From the NCBI GenBank assembly GCA_964016885.1, contig OZ024755.1:44268001-44332000 (forward strand): a DNA stretch of 64,000 nucleotides, read 5' to 3'. The stretch is from Eledone cirrhosa. Taxonomy: Eukaryota. Positions within the stretch are counted from its first letter, which is position 1; each line of letters starts with the position of its first letter. Positions 48,901 through 61,400 of the stretch are shown piece by piece. The notes beneath the pieces were generated by a model. It did no database searches. It was given only the letters and a program-made list of their open reading frames with translations, and had not been told where the DNA came from. A program made the position numbers and the translations under genes.

Positions 48901-49869
48901 TACCAACATATACTGTGTACCACAGTTGACAATACCAACATATACTGTGTACCACAGTTGACAATACCAACACATATAGTGTACCACAGTTGACAGTACC
49001 AACGTATACTGTGTACCACAGTTGCGAATGCCAACATATACTGTGTACCACAGTTGAGAGTACCAACATGTACCGTGTACCACAGTTGACACTACCAACG
49101 TATACTGTGTACCACAGTTGACAATACCAACATATACTGTGTACCACAGTTGACAGTACCAACATATATTGTGTACCACAGTTGAAAGTACCAACGTATA
49201 CTGTGTACCACAGTTGACAGTACCAACATATACTGTATACCACAGTTGACAGTACCAACATATACTGTGTACCACAGTTGACAGTACCAACATATACTGT
49301 GTACCACAGTTGACAGTACCAACATATACTGTATACCACAGTTGACAGTACCAACATATACTGTGTACCACTGTTGACAGTACCAACATATACCGTGTAC
49401 CACAGTTGACAGTACCAACATATACTGTGTACCACAGCTGACACTACCAACATATACTTGTACCTCAGTTGACAGTATTACCATATATTGTGTACCACCG
49501 TTGACAATACCAACGTATACTGTGTACCACAGTTGACAGTACCAACGTATACTGTGCACCACAGTTGAGAGTACCAAAATATACTGTGTACCACAGTTGA
49601 CAATACCAACATATACTGTGTACCACAGTTGACAATACCAACACATATAGTGTACCACAGTTGACAGTACCAACGAATACTGTGTACCATAGTTGACAGT
49701 ACCAAAATATACTGTGTGCCACAGTTGACAGTACTAAGGGTATACTGTGTACCACACTTGACAGTACCAACATATAACGTGTACCACAGTTGGCAGTACC
49801 ATCATATACTGTGTACCACAGTTGACAGTACCAACATATACTGTGTACCACAGTTGACAGTACCAACAT

Positions 49870-52050
49870 ATACTGTGTACCATAGTTGACAGTACCAACG
49901 TATATTGTGTACCACAGTTGACAGTACCAACATACACCGTGTACCACAGTTGACAGTACCAACATATACTGTGTACCACAGTTGAGAGTACCAACATAAA
50001 CTGTGTACCATAGTTGACAGTACCAACATATACTGTGTACCACAGTTGACAGTACCAACATATACTGTGTACCACAGTTGACAGTACCAACATATACTGT
50101 ATACCACAGTTGACAGTACCAACATATACTGTGTACCACAGTTGACAGTACCAACATATACTGTGTACCACAGTTGACAGTACCAACATATACTGTGTAC
50201 CACAGTTGACAGTACTAACATATACTGTGTACTACAGTTGACAGTACCATCATATACTGTGTACCACAGTTGACAGTACCAACATGTACTGTGTACCACA
50301 GTTGACAGTACCAACATATACTGTGTACCACAGTTGGCAGTACCAACATATAATGTGTACCTCAGTTGTCAGTACCAACATATACTGTGTACCACAGTTG
50401 ACAGTACCAACGTATACTGTGTACCACAGTTGACAGTACCAACGTATACTGTGTACCACCGCTGACAGTACCAATATGTACTGTGTAACAAAGTTGACAA
50501 TACCAACATATAATGTGTACCACAGTTGACAGTACCAACGTATACTGTGTACCACTGTTGACAATACCAACATATACTGTGTACCACAGTTGACAGTACC
50601 AACATATACAGTGTACCACAGTTGACAGTACCAACATATACTGTGTACCACAGTTCACAGTACCAACGTATACTGTGTACCACATTTGAAAGTACCAACA
50701 TATACTGTGTACCACAGTTGACAGTACCAACATATACTGTGTACCACTGTTCACAGTACCAACATATACCGTGTACCACTGTTGACAGTACCAACATATA
50801 CTGAGTACCACTGTTGACAGTACCAACATATACTGTGTACCACAGTTCACAGTACCAACATGTACCTTGTACCACAGTTGACAGTACCAACATATACTGT
50901 GTACCACAGTTGACAATACCAACATATACTGTGTACCACAGTTGAAAGTACCAACTTATACATAGTACCACAGTTGACAGTACCAACATATACTGTGTAC
51001 CACAGTTGACAGTACCAACGTATACTGTGTACCACAGTTGACAATACCAACATGTACTGTGTACCACAGTTGACAGTACCAACATATACTGTATACCACA
51101 GTTGACAGAACCAACATATACTGTGTACCACAGTTGACAGTACCAACATATACTGTATACCACAGTTGACAGTACCAACATATACTGTGTACCACAGCTG
51201 ACACTACCAACATATACTTGTACCTCAGTTGACAGTACTACCATATATTGCGTACCACCGTTGACAATACCAACGTATACTGTGTACCACAGTTGACAGT
51301 ACCAACACATATAGTGTACCACAGTTGACAGTACCAACGTATACTGTGTACCACAGTTGCCAATGCCAACATATACTGTGTACCACAGTTGAAAGTACCA
51401 ACATATACTGTGTACCACAGTTGACAGTACCAACATATACTGTGTACCACAGTTGACAGTACCAATGTATACTGTGTACCACTGTTGACAGTACCAAAAT
51501 ATACTGTGTACCACAGTTGACAGTACCAACGTATACTGTGTACCACTGGTGACAGTACCAACATATAACGTGTACCACAGTTGGCAGTACCATCATATAC
51601 TGTGTACCACAGTTGACAGTACCAACATATACTGTGTACCACAGTTGACAGTACCAACATATACTGTGTACCATAGCTGACATTACCAACGTATATTGTG
51701 TACCACAGTTGACAGTACCAACATACACCGTGTACGACAGTTGACAGTACCAACATATACTGTGTACCACATTTGAGAGTACCAACATAAACTGTGTACC
51801 ACATTTGACAGTACCAACATATACTGTGTACCACAGTTGACAGTACCAACATATACTGTATACCACAGTTGACAGTACCAACACATACTGTGTACCACAG
51901 TTGACAGTACCAACATATACTGTGTACCACAGTTGACAGTACCAACATATACTGTGTACCAGAGTTGACAGTACCAACATATACTGTGTACCACAGTTGA
52001 CAGTACTAACATATACTCTGTACTACAGTTGACAGTACCAACATATACTG
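49870..52050 (+). repeat. About 2.2-kb block copied at about 61483-63662 (offset 11,612 bp)
   Basis: ORF pairs 50362/61974, 50369/61981, 50847/62459, 51225/62837 and 51683/63295 differ by 11,612. The variant CCAACTTATACATAGTACC occurs only at about 50951 and 62563. Confidence 0.88.
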
Positions 52051-55000
52051 TGTACCATAGTTGACAGTACCAACGTATATTGTGTACCACAGTTGACAGT
52101 ACCAACATACACCGTGTACGACAGTTGACAGTACCAACATATACTGTGTACCACAGTTGAGAGTACCAACATAAACTGTGTACCATAGTTGACAGTACCA
52201 ACATATACTGTGTACCACAGTTGACAGTACCAACATATACTGTGTACCACAGTTGACAGTACCAACATATACTGTATACCACAGTTGACAGTACCAACAT
52301 ATACTGTGTACCACAGTTGACAGTACCAACATATACTGTGTACCACAGTTGACAGTACCAACATATACTGTGTACCACAGTTGACAGTACTAACATATAC
52401 TGTGTACTACAGTTGACAGTACCAACATATACTGTGTACCACAGTTGACAGTACCAACATGTACTGTGTACCACAGTTGACAGTACCAACATATACTGTG
52501 TACCACAGTTGGCAGTACCAACATATAATGTGTACCTCAGTTGTCAGTACCAACATATACTGTGTACCACAGTTGACAGTACCAACGTATACTGTGTACC
52601 ACAGTTGACAGTACCAACGTATACTGTGTACCACCGCTGACAGTACCAATATATACTGTGTAACACAGTTGACAATACCAACATATAATGTGTACCACAG
52701 TTGACAGTACCAACGTATACTGTGTACCACTGTTGACAATACTAACATATACTGTGTACCACAGTTGACAGTACCAACATATACAGTGTACCACAGTTGA
52801 CAGTACCAACATATACTGTGTACCACAGTTCACAGTACCAACGTATACTGTGTACCACTTTTGACAGTACCAACATATACTGTGTACCACAGTTGACAGT
52901 ACCAACATATACTGTGTACCACTGTTGACATTACCAACATATAGCGTTTCCCACAGTTGACAGTACCAACATATACAATGTACCTCTGTTGACAGTACCA
53001 ACATATACTGTGTACCACAGTTGACAGTACCAACATGTACCGTGTACCACAGTTGACAGTGCCAACGTATACTGTGTACCACAGTTGACAATACCAACAT
53101 ATACTGTGTACCACAGTTGAAAGTACCAACGGATACTTTGTACCACAGTTGACAGTACCAACATATACTGTGTACCACATTTGACAGTACCAACGTATAC
53201 TGTATACCAGAGTTGACAATACCAACATATACTGTGTACCACAGTTGACAGTACCAACATATACTGTATACCACAGTTGACAGAACCAACATATACTGTG
53301 TACCACAGTTGACAGTACCAACATATACTGTGTACCACAGTTGACAGTACCAACATATACTGTATACCACAGTTGACAGTACCAACATATACTGTGTACC
53401 ACTGTTGACAGTACCAACATATACCGTGTACCACAGTTGACAGTACCAACATATACTGTGTACCACAGCTGACACTACCAACATATACTTGTACCTCAGT
53501 TGACAGTACTACCATATATTGTGTACCACCGTTGACAATACCAACGTATACTGTGTACCACAGTTGACAGTACCAACACATATAGTGTACCACAGTTGAC
53601 AGTACCAACGTATACTGTGTACCACAGTTGCCAATGCCAACATATACTGTGTACCACAGTTGAGAGTACCAACATATACTGTGTACCACAGTTGACAGTA
53701 CCAACATATACTGTGTACCACAGTTGACAGTACCAACATATACTGTGTACCACAGTTGACAGTACCAATGTATACTGTGTACCACTGTTGACAGTAGCAA
53801 AATATACTGTGTACCACAGTTGACAGTACCAACGTATACTGTGTACCACTGGTGACAGTACCAACATATAACGTGTACCACAGTTGGCAGTACCATCATA
53901 TACTGTGTACCACAGTTGACAGTACCAACATATACTGTGTACCACAGTTGACAGTACCAACATATACTGTGTACCATAGCTGACATTACCAACGTATATT
54001 GTGTACCACAGTTGACAGTACCAACATACACCGTGTACGACAGTTGACAGTACCAACATATACTGTGTACCACAGTTGAGAGTACCAACATAAACTGTGT
54101 ACCACAGTTGACAGTACCAACATATACTGTGTACCACAGTTGACAGTACCAACATATACTGTATACCACAGTTGACAGTACCAACACATACAGTGTACCA
54201 CAGTTGACAGTACCAACATATACTGTGTACCACAGTTGACAGTACCAACATATACTGTGTACCAGAGTTGACAGTACCAACATATACTGTGTACCACAGT
54301 TGACAGTACTAACATATACTGTGTACCACAGTTGACAGTACCAACATGTACTGTGTACCACAGTTGACAGTACCAACATATACTGTGTACCACAGTTGGC
54401 AGTACCGACATATACTGTGTACCTCAGTTGACAGTACCAACATATACTGTGTACCACAGTTGACAGTACCAACGTATATTGTGTACCACAGTTGACAGTA
54501 CCAACGTATACTGTGTACCACAGTTGACCGTACCAACATAAACTGTGTAACACAGTTGACAATACCAACATTATAATGTGTACCACAGTTGACAGTACCA
54601 ACGTATACTGTGTACCACTGTTGACAATACCAACATATACTGTGTACCACAGTTCACAGTACCAACGTATACTGTGTACCACATTTGACAGTACCAACAT
54701 ATACTGTGTACCACAGTTCACAGTACCAACATATACTGTGTACCACTGTTGACAGTACCAACATATACCGTGTACCACAGTTGTCAGTACCAACATATAC
54801 TGTGTACCACTGTTGACAGTACCAACATATACTGTATACCACAGTTGACAGGACCAACATATACTGTGTACCACTGTTGACAGTACCAACATATACTGTG
54901 TACCACAGTTGACACTACCAACATATACTGTATACCACAGTTGACAGTACCAACATATACTGGGTACCACAGTTGACAGTACCAACATATACTGTGTACC

Positions 55001-57069
55001 ATAGTTGACAGTACCAACGTATATTGTGTACCACAGTTGAGAGTACCAACATACACCGTGTACGACAGTTGACAGTACCAACATATACTGTGTACCACAG
55101 TTGAGAGTACCAACATATACTGTGTACCACAGTTGACAGTACCAACATATACTGTGTACCACAGTTGACAGTACCAACATATACTGTGTACCACAGTTGA
55201 CAGTACCAACATATACTGTATACCACAGTTAACAGTACCAACATATACTGTTTACCACAGTTGACAGTACCAACATATACTGCGTACCACAGTCGACAGG
55301 ACTAACATATACTGTGTACTACAGTTGACAGTACCAACATATACTGTGTACCACAGTTGACAGTACCAACATATACTGTGTACCACAGTTGACAATACTA
55401 ACATATACTGTGTACCACAGTTGGCAGTACCAACATATACTGTGTACCTCAGTTGACAGTACCAACATATAGTGTGTACCACAGTTGACAATACCAACAT
55501 ATACTGTGTACCACAGTTGACAGTACCAACATATACTGTGTACCACAGTTGACAGTACCAACATATACTGTGTACCTCAGTTAACAGTACCCACATATTC
55601 TGTGTATCAGAGTTGACAGTACCAACATATACTGTGTACCACAGTTGACAGTACCAACATATACTGTGTACCTCAGTTAACAGTACCCACATATACTGTG
55701 TATCAGAGTTGACAGTACCAACATATACTGTGTATCACAGTTGACAGTACCAACATATACTGTGTACCACAGTGTACACTAACAACATATACTGTGTACC
55801 ACAGTTGACAGTACCAACATATACTGTGTACCACAGTTGACAGTACCATCATATACTGTGTACCACATTTGACAGTACCAACGTATACTGTGTACCACAG
55901 TTGACAGTACCATCGTATACTGTGTACCACAGTTGATAGTACCAACGTATACTGTGTATCAGAGTTGACAGTACCAACATATACTCTGTACCACAGTTGA
56001 CAGTACCAAAATATACTGTGTACCACAGCTGACACTACCAACATATACTTGTAACTCTGTTGACGGTACTAACATATACTGTGTACCACAGTTGACGGTA
56101 CCAACGTATACTGTGTACCACAGTTGAAAGTACCAACGTATCCTGTGTACCACAGTTGACAGTACCAGTATATACTGTGTACCACAGTTGACAATACCAA
56201 CATATACTGTGTACCACAGTTGACAGTACCAACGTATACTGTGTACCATTGTTGACAGTACCAACATATACTGTGTACCACAGTTGACAGTACCAACATA
56301 TACAGTGTACCACAGTTGACAGTACCAACATATACTGTGTACCACAGTTGACAGTACCAACATATACTGGGTGCCACTTTTCACAGTACCAACATATACT
56401 GTGTACCACAGTTGACAATGCCATCATATAGTGTGTACCACAATTGACAGTACCAACATATACTGTGTACCACAGTTGACAGTACCATCTTATACTGTGT
56501 ACCACAGTTGACAGTACCAACGTATACTGTGTACCACAGTTGACAATACTAACATATACTGTGTACCACAGTTGAAAGTACCAACGTATACTGTGTACCA
56601 CAGTTGACAGTACCAACATATACTGTGTACCACAGTTGACAGTACCAACGTATACTGTGTACCACAGTTGACAATACCAACATATACTATGTACCACAGT
56701 TGACAGTAACAACATATACTGTATACCACAGTTGACAGTACCAACATATACTGTGTACCAGAGTTGACAGTACCAACATATACTGTGTACCACAGTTGAC
56801 AGTACCAACATATACTGTATACAACAGTTAACAGTACCAACATATACTGTGTACCACTGTTGACAGTACCAACACATACCGTGTACCACAGTTGACAGTA
56901 CCAACATATACTGTGTACCACAGCTGACACTACCAACATATACTTGTACCTCAGTTGACAGTACTACCATATATTGTGTACCACCGTTGACAATACCAAC
57001 GTATACTGTGTACCACAGTTGACAGTACCAACGTATACTGTGTACCACAGTTGACAGTACCAACATATA

Positions 57070-58460
57070 CTGTGTACCACAGCTGACAATACCAGCATAT
57101 ACTGTTTACCACAGTTGACAGTACCAACGTATACTGTGTACCACAGTTGCCAATGCCAACATATACTGTGTACCACAGTTGACAGTACCAACATATACTG
57201 TGTACCACAGTTGACAGTACCAACATATACTGTGTACCACAGTTGACAGTACCAATGTATACTGTGTACCACTGTTGACAGTACCAAAATATGCTGTGTA
57301 CCACAGTTGACAGTACCAACGTATACTGTGTACCACAGTTGACAGTACCAACGTATATTGTGTACCACAGTTGACAGTACAAACATACACTGTGTACGAC
57401 AGTTGACAGTACCAACATATACTGTGTACCACAGTTGAGAGTACCAACATAAACTGTGTACCACAGTTGACAGTACCAACATATACTGTGTACCACAGTT
57501 GATAGTACCAACATATACTGTGTACCACAGTTGACAGTACCAACATATACTGTATACCACAGTTGACAGTACCAACATATACTGTGTACCACAGTTGACA
57601 GTACCAACATATACTGTGTACCACAGTTGACAGTACCAACATATACTGTATACCACAGTTGACAGTACCAACATATACTGTGTACCACAGTTGACAGTAC
57701 TAACATATACTGTCTACTACAGTTGACAGTACCAACATATACTGTGTACCACAGTTGACAGTACCAACATAGACTGTGTACCACAGTTGACAGTGCCAAC
57801 ATATACTGTGTACCACATTTGGCAGTACCAACATATACTGTGTACCTCAGTTGACAGTACCAACATATATTGTGTACCAAAGTTGACAGTACCAACGTAT
57901 ACTGTGTACCACAGTTGAGAGTACCAACGTATATTGTGTACCACAGTTGACCGTACCAACATATACAGTGTACCACAGTTGACAGTACCAACATATACTG
58001 TGTACCACAGTTGACAGTACCAACATATACTGTGTACCACAGTTGACAGTACCAACATGTACCGTGAACCACAGTTGACAGTACCAACGTATACTGTGTA
58101 CCACAGTTGAGAGTAACAACCTATAGTGTGTACCACAGTTGACAGTACCAACATATACTGTGTACCACAGTTGACAGTACCAACATATACTGTGTACCGC
58201 AGTTCACAGGTCCAACGTATACTGTGTACCACATTTGACAGTACCAACATATACTGTGTACCACAGTTGACAGTACCAACATATACTGTGTACCACTGTT
58301 GACAGTACCAACATATACCGTGTACCACAGTTGACAGTACCAACATATACTGTGTACCACTGTTGACAGTACCAACATATACTGTGTACCACAGCTGACA
58401 GTACCAACATATACTGTATACCACAGTTGACAGTACCAACATATACTGTGTACCACAGTT
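57070..58460 (+). repeat. About 1.4-kb block copied at about 59470-60860 (offset 2,400 bp, 75 monomers)
   Basis: ORF ends 57106/59506, 57717/60117, 57847/60247 and 58204/60604 differ by 2400. Shared variants are CCAGCATATACTGTTTACC, AAAATATGCTG, TGTCTACTAC and CCGCAGTTCACAGG. Confidence 0.88.
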
Positions 58461-61400
58461 GAGAGTACCAACATATACTGTGTACCTCAGTTGACAGTAC
58501 TAACATATACTGTGTACCATAGTTGACAGTACCAACGTATATTGTGTACCACAGTTGACAGTACCAACATACACCGTGTACGACAGTTGACAGTACCAAC
58601 ATATACTGTGTACCACAGTTGACAGTACCAACGTATACTGTGTACCACCGCTGACAGTACCAACGTATACTGTGTACCACCGCTGACAGTACCAATATGT
58701 ACTGTGTAACAAAGTTGACAATACCAACATATAATGTGTACCACAGTTGGCAGTACCAACATATACTGTGTACCACAGTTGACAGTACCAACGTATACTG
58801 TGTACCACAGTTGACAGTACCAACGTATACTGTGTACCACCGCTGACAGTACCAACATATACTGTGTACCACAGTTGGCAGTACCAACATATAATGTGTA
58901 CCTCAGTTGTCAGTACCAACATATACTGTGTACCACAGTTGACAGTACCAACGTATACTGTGTACCACAGTTGACAGTACCAACGTATACTGTGTACCAC
59001 CGCTGACAGTACCAATATGTACTGTGTAACAAAGTTGACAATACCAACATATAATGTGTACCACAGTTGACAGTACCAACGTATACTGTGTACCACTGTT
59101 GACAATACCAACATATACTGTGTACCACAGTTGACAGTACCAACATATACAGTGTACCACAGTTGACAGTACCAACATATACTGTGTACCACAGTTCACA
59201 GTACCAACGTATACTGTGTACCACATTAGAAAGTACCAACATATACTGTGTACCACAGTTGACAGTACCAACATATACTGTGTACCACTGTTGACAGTAC
59301 CAACATATACCGTGTACCACAGTTGACAGTACCAACATATACTGTGTACCACTGTTGACAGTACCAACATATACTGTGTACCACAGTTCACAGTACCAAC
59401 ATGTACCTTGTACCACAGTTGACAGTACCAACATATACTGTGTACCACAGTTGACAATACCAACATATACTGTGTACCACAGCTGACAATACCAGCATAT
59501 ACTGTTTACCACAGTTGACAGTACCAACGTATACTGTGTACCAGAGTTGCCAATGCCAACATATACTGTGTACCACAGTTGACAGTACCAACATATACTG
59601 TGTACCACAGTTGACAGTACCAACATATACTGTGTACCACAGTTGACAGTACCAATGTATACTGTGTACCACTGTTGACAGTACCAAAATATGCTGTGTA
59701 CCACAGTTGACAGTACCAACGTATACTGTGTACCACAGTTGACAGTACCAACGTATATTGTGTACCACAGTTGACAGTACAAACATACACTGTGTACGAC
59801 AGTTGACAGTACCAACATATACTGTGTACCACAGTTGAGAGTACCAACATAAACTGTGTACCACAGTTGACAGTACCAACATATACTGTGTACCACAGTT
59901 GATAGTACCAACATATACTGTGTACCACAGTTGACAGTACCAACATATACTGTATACCACAGTTGACAGTACCAACATATACCGTGTACCACAGTTGACA
60001 GTACCAACATATACTGTGTACCACAGTTGACAGTACCAACATATACTGTATACCACAGTTGACAGTACCAACATATACTGTGTACCACAGTTGACAGTAC
60101 TAACATATACTGTCTACTACAGTTGACAGTACCAACATATACTGTGTACCACAGTTGACAGTACCAACATGGACTGTGTACCACAGTTGACAGTGCCAAC
60201 ATATACTGTGTACCACATTTGGCAGTACCAACATATACTGTGTACCTCAGTTGACAGTACCAACATATATTGTGTACCAAAGTTGACAGTACCAACGTAT
60301 ACTGTGTACCACAGTTGACAGTACCAACGTATATTGTGTACCACAGTTGAGAGTACCAACATATACAGTGTACCACAGTTGACAGTACCAACATATACTG
60401 TGTACCACAGTTGACAGTACCAACATATACTGTGTACCACAGTTGACAGTACCAACATGTACCGTGAACCACAGTTGACAGTACCAACGTATACTGTGTA
60501 CCACAGTTGAGAGTAACAACGTATAGTGTGTACCACAGTTGACAGTACCAACATATACTGTGTACCACAGTTGACAGTACCAACATATACTGTGTACCGC
60601 AGTTCACAGGACCAACGTATAATGTGTACCAGATTTGACAGTACCAACATATACTGTGTACCACAGTTGACAGTACCAACATATACTGTGTACCACTGTT
60701 GACAGTACCAACATATACCGTGTACCACAGTTGACAGTACCAACATATACTGTGTACCACTGTTGACAGTACCAACATATACTGTGTACCACAGCTGACA
60801 GTACCAACATATACTGTATACCACAGTTGACAGTACCAACATATACTGTGTACCACAGTTGACAGTACCAACATATACTGTGTACCACAGTTGACTGTAC
60901 CAACATATACTGTGTACCACAGTTGACAGTACCAATGTATACTGTGTACCACTGTTGACAGTACCAACATATACTGTGTACCACAGTTGACAGTAGCAAC
61001 GTATACTGTGTACCACAGTTGACAGTTCCAACATATAACCTGTACCACAGTTGGCAGTACCATCATATACTGTGTACCACAGTTGACAGTACCAACATAT
61101 ACTGGGTACCACAGTTGACAGTACCAACGTATATTGTGTACCACAGTTGACAGTAGCAACGTATACTGTGTACCACAGTTGACAGTTCCAACATATAACG
61201 TGTACCACAGTTGGCAGTACCATCATATACTGTGTACCACAGTTAACAGTACCAACATATACTGTGTACCATAATTGACAGTACCAACGTATATTGTGTA
61301 CCACACTTGACAGTACCAACATACACCGTGTACGACAGTTGACAGTACCAACATATACTGTGTACCACAGTTGAGAGTACCAACATATACTGTGTACCAC

